Below, in pieces: positions 39,277 through 52,686 of a stretch of DNA of 64,000 nt; the first letter of the stretch is position 1; every line of letters starts with the position of its first letter. The position numbers and the translations under genes were made by a program. Source of the DNA: Paraspadella gotoi (taxonomy: Eukaryota > Animalia > Chaetognatha); the NCBI GenBank assembly GCA_051294375.1, contig JBJCIZ010000239.1:7175220-7239219 (forward strand), given 5' to 3'. The notes beneath the pieces were generated by a model. That model did no database searches. It saw only the letters and a program-made list of their open reading frames with translations, and was not told the DNA's origin.

Positions 39277-42200
39277 AATTTTTTAATTCCTGAATGTTAA
39301 AAGTGGAAAATGTGGCGTTACCCTGTTCTGGTGTATGAGTGTGTCGTATTGCGGCAACCAAAGCCATAATGGCCTAATTATATAATAGAATATATTTTTC
39401 AAACGTTAACTAAAGCTCGCCTACAAACTGACACAACTCAAAGATGGAAAACCGACAATAATAAAGTAAACCAAACCACCAAAAATCAAAAACTATCAGA
39501 GCTAACAAATGGGCAGATTTCGCTAAATTAGCAGCCACTCAGAAATATTATGAATCTCCTCAAACTACACCGTACAGAACTTAATAAATATTTAAATTAC
39601 CCAAAGATATATATAACGTGCTAGGATTAACCCTATAAAATTCAACTCCTAGGAATCTAAACCCCAATTGCTTTAACTCTTACATCTGCATTCACCCAAC
39701 TACCAACACCCAGACCAACATAAAACTCGCGCGCCATACGACTCCTAACCCAGCCTCTGATCCCTAACCTTTCTAATACTGTACATCATTTTAAAGCTTA
39801 CCAAAAAGATAATAATGTAATAGATATATGATAATATGAATTTAAGCTTAAGATAAGGATGGGGGAAATATATCTACTGAGTCTACTTCTTCTCCTCTCA
39901 GCTCTCTCTCTCCCTCCCTAACTTACACCGACTGCTGTGCCTTACGGCGTAATTATATAGTGACTCGACTCGTAGAAATCGCTCTGTTATACGCGCAGAA
40001 GGATATGTGAATTGAGCACGCATCTTCACGTCACAAGCTCTATCCTACCATACACTACAATACACACTATTGCGTGTTACGTCCGTGCCTCCTCCTTCCT
40101 TTTTCTCTTCCTCCTTCTTCCTCCTCCTTCATTTTCTTCCTCTCTCCTCGCCCTCTGCCTAAACGCTGTATAATTAGTAATTTAACCATACTTGCGGGAA
40201 CCATCACCATAATTGCCCTTCCTCCGGCAATCATACGTCTCTCTGTCCTGCCTTACTGACACATACACTCTGCTTGCCATGTCATCCACTTCCTCTACAC
40301 GCTCCGAATATGAATACTACCAAATACAATCACTACTCCCTCTTTTTCCTCTTTAAGGGAACCTTATATCCGTCTCTCCTGTCCTACTCGTCCTCCTTCC
40401 GTGCCTCCTCCTCCCATACTATAGCGTTGTCCTCTTCCCTAACTTTATCCTCTGCCCAACGTGTAAGTCCTAACATTGGTATACTATTAAGATAATGATA
40501 TACTATATAGACTCATTACATATAGAAATATATGAATTGAAATATAGAATAAAATAATAATGATAAGAATATTAAATATTAATGATATTAACTCGATTAT
40601 ACATTTTGGAAATATTAACAGTAATATCAGTTTGGATTGAGTTGTTTATGGGTGATGACAGAATATTATTATTTAGTATCTGATATTGACTCCAAGCGAT
40701 AAACATTCATGAGTAATAGTTTTTAATTACTCTTTTTCGGGGTGGAATCTCGCCGACCGGGGTGCGTAACTAATGAACAAGCCTTGAGAAGACAATATTG
40801 CTACAAAAGACACTAACCCAGGATATTCAGGTAATCACATTAAAAAACATTTATAAGAAAAAAATAAATGTGAGTGTCGATTAAATGATACGAGTACATT
40901 CCAAAGCATTAAATATAGTATAGTAATAGATACGAAACTGAAGTAAAGAATTATAATCTACTTCTATAGCTGAGTAAAGTAAAAAAGTGAAAGGATAAAA
41001 AGAAAAATTAACAAGAAAGGGAAGAGAGAACTGGAAAGAACAGAAATAAGAAAAATAAAATAGAGTTATACGAGAGAAAAAAGTGGACTAGCAAAGAAGG
41101 AGAGGATAAAAAGTGATGTAGACGACAGGAAATATAGGCAAGAGTACAGCGAAGCAAACGATGAAGACTGAAAGAAAGAGAAACAATAAGGTATAGACCA
41201 ATACGACACAGAAGAGACAAAGAATTACCACTAGACTAATAAGCAAAACCAAAAACATCAAGAAAAAAACGAGCAATCATCTGTAATTATAATCCTAACT
41301 AACATATGAGAATGATAACTGAGCGACTGAATCTAGTACAAACAAGACTATATTCGAGAGAATCAACTTTACGATCAAATCATTAAGACAAGCTCATTGA
41401 TTCTTACAACCAATAATTACACAACAGCCAACAGACTGAAGGCTCCCTGCTCCGACCACTTAGCTCTCGTCGCGTTCGTCACTTAGCTCATAACCGTCTC
41501 TACACTCTCTCTATACGCTACTACCATCGTCTCTCTCATCAATCTCGTCTCTGCTCTCATAATAACATCTCTCTTCTTCTCTCTCATAACTCCTTTCTCT
41601 CATCCTCCTCTCTCTCTTCTCACTTTACTCATCTGTTATCAATTCTTACAATCAAGTTGAAGCAAAAATATCTACTAAATGAAATTGCATATCAACACTT
41701 TAGCGTACAACTTCCGGTTGTAAGACCAAATATATCTTTTTATAAACTTAAATTTTGAGTAAATTTAGTTTTTTTGGGTTCTGTCTAATTATCTTCGTTT
41801 TCGTGTCGTTTGTGTATTAAAAATATTAAAAAGACACCTCAGCCTTCGGATCGAGGGCCGACCAGAACTTACACGCTACAGACTCTTACTCCACATTGAA
41901 TTCCGAAAGCGAGCAGCATGAGACGGGGAGGAATAAAAAAAAGACCATACGATCGAGAAGGGGAGTAGAAGGGGGGATCAACTGGGAAACATGAAGGAAT
42001 GGGGTAAAAAGAAAGAGTACCCAAGATCGATTTAAAATATTGACTCGGTTCGAAACCTTTAATAAATAATAATAGCTCTATATACATGCAGTATATACAC
42101 TGAAATATCTTGCAAGAAGCAGAGAATACGGTTAAATCGAATACATACATTTACAAAAAAGAGCTAATATTACAAAGTACGCATAGTATAGAAATTTACA

Positions 42201-44219
42201 GTCAACATAATTTATTAACATAATATATATACTCTAAATCTATCAAAGCCTAAAATACTAAATACCGAATTTTAGGTATAGAGAACTGGGGGTTATTGGA
42301 TAATAAGATCCAGGATGTCTTCATGTGCAACAGAATACAATTTCATGTTATCTCCAAAGATACGATCACACATGGAGTAAAATAATTGTATAAGTCAAGC
42401 TGTAAGAACAGCCGTCATTACTACCGACCACCCGGTACACCGATAATGACCACCAACTCATACATACTAATAGTGACAATACTAGTAAAAGCGGCTGTTC
42501 AACGGAACAGAGACTCACTTATTACATGAAATCATTGTCCTGAAGAATTCGATTATAAATGACAGAACTTGAAGTAACTTTCTCATTCTTCTATCACAAA
42601 CTGCTACTTATAAGCTCCATTACATATTTCTAACAATAATACAGACTAAACAAATTAGGTAACTCTATCTCTAATTTGGTACTTATTAAGAATTATCTTT
42701 CCTGAACGCTAAATTTCGCCTTCAGTACTATTCTCTACACCGAATTCCTCTATCCCGTCTTCCTCCCAACTAACATCCTTAACCCGCATATCGCTGTCTC
42801 AACCTTAGCTGGGCGTTATGGGCCGTACAATCCATGACATGTTACGCGCATCCTTCGTGTTGCCCTCAATTCTGGCGATTCTAATCCCTAGCTTTATTCC
42901 TCCTTCTCACTTCACGTCAACTATAGCCCAATTTTCCAATGCTTGCCTCGAACTTTCCAAATAGATGATTTGTCAGTCCATTGCAGGAGAAAAAAACGAC
43001 CGTTACCGCAGAGCTAGTCTCGGCAATGCTGCCCAGTCTCTCACTGGAGTAAAGGTACTGTAATTTAAATTTATCTCCGTCTCTCACTATCAGATGTCCA
43101 ACTCTTACTACGCTCTCTCCTCACTGTCTCCCCTCTCTCATACATCTCCTCTGCTCTCTCTTTACATCCTCTCTCATCTCTCCAGTTCCTACTTCCATCA
43201 AGTATTTCTTCTCCTTAAAGGAGATCCAATGCCTCCATGAAATATAGAAAGAAAAGGACATCGCGACACCCACGATCAATATATGGAGAAACGAGAGACG
43301 AGAGAGAGAGAAGAGAGGGAGAGAGAGGATGAGTAGAGAGAGACGGAGACGAGTAAGAGACGGAGAGAAGGAGACGTCATAGATGAGGTCGTCCATGCAG
43401 TGCGAGTAAAGCTGGTAATAACAGTCAAGATCGGCATCAGGCTTAACTTAAAATATTCTCCACACGGACTTCAATCAAATTACTGTCGATCGGGACGCAG
43501 GTAACAAGGCCAAAGAATTCGGGCTCTTCCTGAGTCGGACTTAGATGGGTGAAAGGCCAAGATTTGCCCATTCTCAGTGCGAAGAAGGCAAGTACTGGCT
43601 CATTTATCCGGTAGACGTTAAAAGCCAAGTACATGTGGTGTTAGTTCAGTACCGGATGAAAGCCAGAGACTTGGCTGTGGCATCGTGTAAGGAAACGGAG
43701 AATGCACCGGAACGAACGAGTCCATATGACTTGAGTGCGTGTTCTGGAAAATAGGTCCTAGGATGATGTTCTTGGACACATAGTCTTTTGGTGACTTAGT
43801 CGAGCTATGTGCAGGCATATAATTATCAAGGGAGGATGAATACATTTCTGGCGATTAGTGTATTGCTGAATGCATCCGACGTAGAGTCAATCAAAACAAG
43901 GGCTGTGAGCCCTACTTCATTAGTTAAATATACCTATTCTCCAAAAATACGAACATATACGAATTAAGAGGGACGCGATATTATTTTATTTAATAATCAT
44001 TAATCATTCGTATCTAAATGACATGATATTTAATGTTGCATCACACTGTTTCTACTGTAATACTCACACTTATTCATTATTGTCTCACCTGTCGTAGAAA
44101 TCCCAGGAATCTGCATTTCTGGCCTCGGAACGGAGACTTGAATATCGTGCGTCATATAGAAGAGTCTCATCTCATTCATACTCCTCCTCTCTCTGCTCTC
44201 TCTGCTCTCTCTCCTCTCT

Positions 44220-44253
<34 letters not shown>

Positions 44254-46730
44254 CTCTCTATAACGGTCGGCGAAAAAACAGAAGGCCGAAGTTGGGGACG
44301 CACAACCTCCGCCAAAACTACCCACGCTGTTGGCTACTGACCAGCAAAAGCAAACTCGATATAATATTCTAGTCATGGTATGACGAAAGAACATAAAGTT
44401 CTTTCTTTTACCGGATAATGACGCGGACGACGAGCGACGACGACCGTCGACGGCAGCGACGGGAACGACTGAAATAACAGAATCCTACACCATAAACAAA
44501 CAAAAACTCAAATTATACCTGCGACATAATAAGCCGATTGAAAATGGACCGGGCAGAGTGACCTCTGCGAACGACTTCAGCCGACGCCGGTACGAATTAA
44601 ACAATCTGACATGGACTGACATAAGTAACGAGGACTGACTACGAACGACGACGACGACGACGTGACGGAGCGGACGAAAATAATACTAAGTAAACTAATA
44701 AACACAGAGCAGTATAAAGAGCACAAAAGTACAAAAAAACGAACTATAAGCTGACGTGTAATAAGAATACACGCAATGTGGAATAATGACGAGTCGGGCG
44801 ACCGACGAGCCGGACGACGACGACTCGACTCGACGACGACGACGACTTAAATAAATGGATATGAGACACTTTTGTCTCGGTCAGTGCGGTCTTGTCTTTC
44901 CTTGTGTGTCTTTTTTGTTATTTTGTGAGTCTGATCTGTCTGTCCCACTTACCTTCATCATCATAAATTCTTCAATATCATCATCATTTATCATCATCTC
45001 TATTCTCGTCATCATCTTTTCTTCATCTCACATCATTTGTCGTCTGGCCGAAGGTGAAGAGACGAAAAAGTAAACGTTACCGGAAAAAAAGCAAGAGATG
45101 CCGGAATTCGGTGGTAAGTGGTGCTTTGGCGCGAAAAAAAATTGGGCTTGAGGAGATTTTTAAAAACTTTTGTTATTTGTTTAATAGAATATAAAATACA
45201 TAATAAATTTCCCTGAAAATTGATAAAATGAGTAGAGATAGAAGAGAGACTTTACGGTTCGAATCCTTTATGTTGTTGATAACAAATAATAATTAGAATA
45301 CTCAGTAAGAGCCAAAAAAAAAATGTAAATAGACTAGTATTTCTCACGATTATTTGAACGGCTTAGAAGAAAAAGATAGGAATAAATATATAGTTAAGAA
45401 GAAATAAAGAAATATAATATAAATAATAAAAAATAATATTAGTGAATAAAGAATAAAAAAAAGAATGGAAAAAGAAATTTAAAAAAAAAACAGAGAATGT
45501 AATAAATAATACAAATAAATTAAATAAAACAAGAAGAAAATAAAAGACAATTCAGGTCAGTGAACAATAACAAAAAACTAAGGCAGAAAGAGATAGAGTA
45601 CGAGAGACAGCAAGAGCACGGCAGGGGCGTCACCAAAGATACAAAAAATATAATAAGAAGCCAGCCGGAGCAGGAAGCCACTGACGACAAAGGTGAGACC
45701 CCCACTGGCCGGCAGGAAGAACAATACCGACGGAAAAAACGGTGCAACCAGTCGGTGTGGATGAACAACATCCGCAGTACGGCCCTCCCGCCGCATGCAC
45801 CAAAGGCACAAAACACAGGGCTAGCCGCAAGCCGAAATAATAAGACATAAATAATGTCGTGCACGGGACGCCGTGACGGGCGATGCGCCCGGCCCCATAA
45901 ATATAAAGACGTAGGTCGTACGCCAAGGGTCGCCCCGTGGGTGAAAGAACGAGCACTCCCTTGAACAAAGGGGCGGCGCGGCCGCCCACGCTATCACGCC
46001 GGCCGCCCATCGAGAAGAGACAGCCGCTCACACGTGTAAGCGACCACAAAGCGGCCGCGCCCGAAAGATTAAAATATATAAAGAGAATATATTTAAACGC
46101 CAGAAAATAACAAGCCCTACCCCAAATAAATACATATAAATAATAAAAATAATAACAATTATAATAATTAAGAGAACATAAATCGACTGATCAGCCACCG
46201 TACGACAGATATAGATATAACAAAAAAAGAACACTGCAACATATAAAGGATAGAAGAATAATAATACGCCACCGAGCGCCGGGGGATAAAACATATAAAT
46301 AAGAATAATACATATTACAACTGCAAAAGCAATATCAACAGGCTGCCGGCCAAGAATCCAAGTCCGCACCAGATTCCGCAAAATAAAGAATTAAAAGAAA
46401 CTATAACGAAAATTTTAAAATTAAAAAAAATTTAAGAAAAATCGGGTAGAAACTAGAGTTAGGCAAACAAATTCAATACATTGGCATCATTCCTTAATGT
46501 ATTTCTTGGATAATAGCATGTGTTCAGGGTACTGTCGGCTATATCTTCACTTTGTAGCTATTTCTCGGATGAATATTCTTCCAAGGCTCATTCTCTACTA
46601 GTGAACCATTATGCAAGATAGAATCTTTTTTAAAGGAATCATTTTAAATCCGAGTAAGTACTATAACTGAATACAAATTCTTGTCGCACAACCGATGGAC
46701 GTACCACAGTAAAGTAACACACAAGTAATA
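39277..46730 (+). other. Noisy direct duplicate of 1-1500 (39277-41740) and 11325-12870 (43380-46730)
   Basis: 39277 matches position 1; 40822 matches ~981; 43380 matches 11325; the GCCAAG repeat recurs at 43510-43680; ~46410 matches ~12673. Confidence 0.85.
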
Positions 46731-47564
46731 CTAAAAACTTAAATATAAGAGAAAAATCAGTAAGAACCGCTTTTTACTGTAAAACATTCCGTACAACATT
46801 GTTACTATGAAGCAACAAAAAATTAAATTTACTTGTGGAATGTTTTTTGTAATAGACGGAAATTAAAAAAACCCCGGGGTTATTAAAAAGATATATTTTT
46901 TTTCCCCATNNNNNNNNNNNNNNNNNNNNNNNNNTTCCAATAAAAACCAAAAAACGAGAATTTTTGGATTAATCCTTTTCGGATATTATCAGTTATTTTT
47001 TTTGGCAGTATTAATTAAAACCCCCAAAATATTGCTTTTTTATTCGGACGTTTGCCAGCGATTTTAGTTATTTTCTATAAACTTTGGGAATAAACATTTG
47101 AGAATAAGGAATAGAATATAAGGCCTTATTTTCCCAGAACGCCCTATTTTATCTTAAATTCGGAATTAGGTTAATTTTTTTAGTTAGATATTAAGTTAGT
47201 GGTAAGGGTACGACTCAAAAACTGGCGTGGAAAATCCATCAAGAGCATTCAGGGAATATGTGATATTCGTTTTCTCCACTAAGAAACTTTGCAGGTATCA
47301 GGAACTTTCAAAAATGCATGTTATTTCTGGGAGCTCTAATATGGAATATATATAACAAACTAGAAAGAAGCAATGAAGGAGAAATGAAAATTGTAAAACG
47401 AAATGTAGAAAATAAAACGTAAAGAGAAGTGAAGACGAAATTTCTCAAAAAACCCACATCACTCAAAAAAAGTTAAAAAACTTGTCGCTCGACAATCGAT
47501 TCCAATTATTCCCTATAAAACACAACAAAACAAAAGAACAGAGAAGGGAGACGGTTCAGCCCTC

Positions 47565-47574
47565 TTTCTTTCTT

Positions 47575-47669
<95 letters not shown>

Positions 47670-47670
47670 C
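47565..47670. repeat. (TTTC)n microsatellite
   Basis: Near-perfect tetranucleotide array. Confidence 0.95.
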
Positions 47671-47757
47671 TCTAACTCTCTCTCCCTCATAATCCCCAGG
47701 GAGATTAACTGACAAAGAGTCCGAACTTTGGGAATTTCGCTTCCAAATGACAAAAAA

Positions 47758-47793
<36 letters not shown>
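47758..47793. repeat. (GAC)n microsatellite
   Basis: Perfect trinucleotide run; similar runs at ~12203-12228 and ~24576-24604. Confidence 0.95.
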
Positions 47794-47795
<2 letters not shown>

Positions 47796-48253
47796 AGAAT
47801 TAATATAAATAACAATAAGTCATAACTTTATTTAGAATCTCAATTCGTAACATCGTGACACAAAGACTTTGTAAATCGTATCGTGGGCGACATAATGTAA
47901 CACTATTTTCACAAAGCGCCATATTTTTGTTTCTATTCTCCAAAATTATTTTTTTACCCAAATATTTAATGCTAATCTCTTACCATTTACTTGACCCTAT
48001 CTTTAGACTTATTCATTAACCCTAATACCTCACTTTAATCTATTACCTAACCCTAATCATAAACATAACCACTGACTTTATCCCTGAATAATCTCTATGT
48101 ACCATACCAGTAACCTAATGTTTAAGTTTTAAAAAAAAATGAACATAATGAAAACATAATGAAATAAATTTGAAAAATGGCGCTTTTGGAAGAGATTAGG
48201 ATCAACGGCGATTGAATGGAACTTTTTTACCCTTGCCTGTTTCTCTTTCTCTT

Positions 48254-48290
<37 letters not shown>

Positions 48291-48446
48291 TCATTCTTCA
48301 AAATTACCTTTAATGTTTATATCAACCCCTGTCAGCCAAAATAAATCTATCCTTCTCCCAGCGCGGCGCAAGTGTGCCGCCCGTTCATCCGGGCGCCCTT
48401 GACAGTTTCTTTTTGCTGCGACCGCATTCTATTTTTAGACTGACTC

Positions 48447-48488
<42 letters not shown>

Positions 48489-49599
48489 CTCCTTTTCTCT
48501 CTCTCTTCACACATCCATTCATGTCCTTGCGCCGAATTCAGAGGATTCTCTTTTGGACAAAAACGCGCATAAACGAATCATGGCTGGGAGAGAAGAGAGA
48601 GAGCAGAGAGAAGAGAGAGAGAGAGATGAGATTAGAGAACAGGATGAGAGAGATGCAGACCACGAGAAGAGACAGAGATTTCTCGCCAGGAGCGAGAGAT
48701 ATATGATAAACAAAAACTAAAGAGAAACAGTTTCCAAAAACGCTACTTCAGTGTTTTTTTTAAGTTATCCGGAACAAAAAGAAACGAAAACGAACAAAAA
48801 CTGAATCGCTCGGTAAGAAGATAACCAATGAAATTACTATTGCAAAAAAATACCAATGATTAATCTAACTGTGATATTCTTCGATATTGTATATACAACT
48901 AGATTACTGCTTATCGATTATGACAAGTCTTGGCTATTGGCCCATAATAGGAAAAAGTTATACCGACATTTTTCCGGTTTAAGAGCAAAGAAAAGGTTAA
49001 TTTAAGATCAAATTATCGTTAAAATCGACATTTACCGGAGTAGTATGCTATATAGTAAACCGTGAAGAGAGAGAGAGAGAGAGATGAGAGAGATGAGAGA
49101 AGAGAGAGGAGAGAAGAGATGAGAGAAGAGCAGGCATCGGACTGCTACTCTCTCTCCTGTTCGCTACATAAAATCAGGGTCTCTCCTCCGACTTATCAAC
49201 TCCTCATTTGAGCATTTCACACGGTTCTCCCGATGATCGATGCATGATGATGGTATAATATACGCCCACCACAGCGTCTGACATGATGCATATCCCTACT
49301 TCTTGGCGCATGGCGAAGAGCGACAAGAGGATCATGGAGGATGATCTGGAATACTGAGGATGAGCTATGGATGGCTGATAAGTGATGTCGGGAGGAAAAA
49401 AACCTCTATTTTTCCCTTAAAACATTCGTCTTAAAAGGATATGTATCCCCTGTACAGATCGCACGTCAACATACTATTAGCTATTATGCGTAACTATCAA
49501 TGTTTTATTATCGCTGCAGCACTCGATAAGCATAGTATAATTAAGAGAGAAATTTTGTTTGTATACATATACACAGTTCATCTGTTCTCATAAAAATCA

Positions 49600-50260
49600 C
49601 CAAATTCGTGTACTTGTAAGCAAAACAAATCCCTGAAGCTATTTCAACGCAACGAACGAAAAGCTCGAATATCACAATCAGTTATAAAAACAGAGCTAAT
49701 GATTCGAGTATGGCGATAAACGCCAACGTGGAATGAAGTTAGATACACTTGAAGTATCGGGTCATGTAACAACGCGAACCCTATTGAGTCACTTTCTCTT
49801 CATCATAAATCTTGATTTTGATGATTTTTGTCGTTGTTTCGCCCCCAAATACATTAAACCTTTCCATCAAGAAAAACCCTGATGATTCAAATTGAAAAGT
49901 TCCTAGGTAGAGAGAATCATTCTTTCGTTTCTGCGTCGAAGATCCAAGTTGCGTGAGTTGCTCTGTCTTGCTGCCTCCGATGATAATAAAGTGACGCTGA
50001 GAGAGATCGCGCGTCAGAGATATCGCTACAGAGGCGACGGTTTTGAGTCGAAGAGAATTTCGGTCCAACTCGTTCCATTTCGTATCGTAAGCAACGCACA
50101 GTGTCATTAAGAGGATAATCACTGACTCCCCCAAAGATGTAAACCTTTTCCTTTAGTTTGGCGACGCCCATCCTTTCTCTTGGCGTCGGTCGACGTCCTT
50201 TGGTTTCGTCGAACCAACGAGAGAAAGTCGGGGAAAATCGTAGCAGTTGGTTTGTGCAAC
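49600..50260 (-). CDS. Downstream exon of a KLHDC1/2-like kelch-repeat gene (3' end approximate)
   Basis: After a TTTTTTAG acceptor reads GCTNQLLRFSPTFSRW...GRRPTPRERMGVAKLKEKVYIFGG...PLND, then IIIGG...ATWIFDAETKE and NVFGG kelch motifs. Confidence 0.75.
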
Positions 50261-52686
50261 CTAAAAAAATAAATAATAATATTTAAAAAATATCACTCTT
50301 TATATTAAATAAAATATTCCTATACATTGAAGAGACAGTGATAATTGTTATGTGTTAGTGACAGAACCGTTCAATATAAGCAGTCCCTGAGCTTCGGATC
50401 AGGCTGTAACACCGTGTTACAGGCGGGTTAAGCGCCCCGTTTAGAGTTCCGATAACCGTTAACAGTTTTATAATTAATAATAGTTAATAATTTTAACTTA
50501 ACCGTTAATATATTTATTTTAACGGTTAAATTCGGTTAAATTTCAAGTATTATTTTTGTTATTTTTTGTTAGGAAAACTTTGATTTTTTAAGAGAAAAGT
50601 TTTTTTCCTGTCCTCTCTTATTCTCCTTTCCTTTTCCTGTCTCTTCTACATTTTTCCCTTTTTTTTCCTTTCTTATTTTTAACCCTTTTATTCTTTTTTC
50701 TATCCTAATCTCTTATCGTTTTTTCGGCCCTTCCAGTATTTTTTTAATTACTTTCTCCTAATTGTTTTCGTTTTTCCTTTCAGCTAATTTTATACATCAA
50801 AGAATATTTTGAAATATAATATGCATCTGCATATATTATTTTGCAAATTAAATTCTTACATGCAATAATATTCTATTTTGCTAATAAAAAAATTAAATAA
50901 TCTTTTTAATTTTACTTTTTCTCACTTTTTTTTCCCTTTTTGAAATGAACAAAGAAGTAAATAAAATAAAACCGAATTAATTAAAAAAAAACTAAAATTT
51001 ATTAGAAAACATTATGCGATAATCCTTTCTTTTTCGTTGTTTATAGGTATTAGAGAGAGCAAAGAATTTTGAATTTTAACAACGATTTTTATTAATAGTT
51101 GGACATGTTTCGGCTTGCTTACTTCAAGCTTTCATCAGCATATGACATTCAATAATAAATTTTGTGCAAAAGAAGAGTGTGTGAGAGAGAGAGAGAGAAC
51201 GACGGCTTCAGGAGGAGGGAGAGGAGTCCGTCACTCCTGTCACAAAAGTGGCAAGAACGGACAACCGCCCACCTCGTCAGCAGGCGAGAAGAGGGCAGCC
51301 GGCAGGCGTATCAGGCCAAAGAGACATAAGAGTAGCCCTGGGGATCTTTCCGCAAGGATCGCTTCCCAATCCGGCATTCATCAGTTGGGTCGTACTCTCC
51401 TCTCAGCCACTGACATGCCTATGACCCGTCATCATCGTCCTTGTCCTTCATTTGCATAAACAAGGGGGCCAGCTCATTTTGAGCTCTTCTTTCCCTTGAA
51501 TTTCACTTTCTATCTCCTAATTATCAACTTAAACTAAAAAACTACTTTTCTTCATATTTTATTTTCACTTAACTTCCTTAGCTAATTACTTATTTATTCA
51601 CTAGTTAAATGTTAAATTTCACCAATGCGTAGTTTTTTCAAACTTCTTTATCTTTGTTGTACATTGCAAAAAAATTATCTTTATTATTTATTTATCTCTG
51701 TTTGTTTGTTTCTCTCTCTCTCTCACTCTCTCTCTTCTCTCTTTAACAAGTTTCACTTCTTTTCACAACTCACTCAATCTGTCTTCACCTTCAACCTGTC
51801 CTCACATTGACACTATTCTGTCTCACCACTTTGTTGGAAAAACTTTTACCCTCTCTCTCTCTCTCTTTCTCTCTCTCTCACCACACTCTTCTTTTTCACC
51901 AAAATTATATTATGAATGTCATAGCTGATTAAGGCTTGAAGTAAGCAAGCCGAACATGTCCAACTATTAATAAAAATCGTTGTTAAAATTCAAAATTCTT
52001 TGTAGAGATATGTCCCCCTTTTTCCCCCATTTATTTGTTTGCCTTTGTTATTCACCGTTTCTGCCGATAGATGTCTTTTTCTCTTTCTTTAGGAGATTCA
52101 CTCCTCTTTTCCTTTTCTTACCAGATATTCTAGGCCATAGATACTTAGACTTTTCCGCCCGTCACCAAACTGCCTTTTACGAGGTCTAGACCTTCAGTCA
52201 CGTCAAGTCACCTTTGATACCGTTCACAGACAGTGATGCAGGCCATAGAGCCCACTGGCGAGACCACACTTCCAGAGACTGTGTGACGCGTTCGTGGTCA
52301 GACTTTCACCCGTCATAGACTTGTGGACGGATCGTGGCCCCACCCTTCGGCCACACTTGGTGACGAACCTCCCGTTACCCATCCGGCGAGCCGACGTTTC
52401 GGGCCGCACGCAACGGCGCGACGCGACCACGCCCTTCGGAGCGTCAGCGGGGACGTGGAGGACGGCGGTCCTCCGTAACGCCGACGGCGGGAAGCGAGGC
52501 GGTACACGAGCACACGGCAAGTGTTCGTACAGTAAAAGGCAGAATTTAGTCTCCTCTGGCCTAAGCATCTATTCATTGTGAAGAGATGTAAAGTCATTGA
52601 CGATATTAGAATACAGACGAGATAGAAAATTGTATTTTAGTATAATTTTATACGTATAACATTAACCTATTTTCTCTCCCCTTTGC

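Noticed and set aside
45520-46380. GC-rich ORF-bearing insert within the direct duplicate
   Set aside because: No counterpart in the better copy (12580-12680) and no recognisable motif; likely a low-quality read segment.
379-48713. Many short ORFs rich in RE/SL/F/K or X
   Set aside because: They are translations of (GA)n, (TTTC)n, pyrimidine tracts or N gaps.
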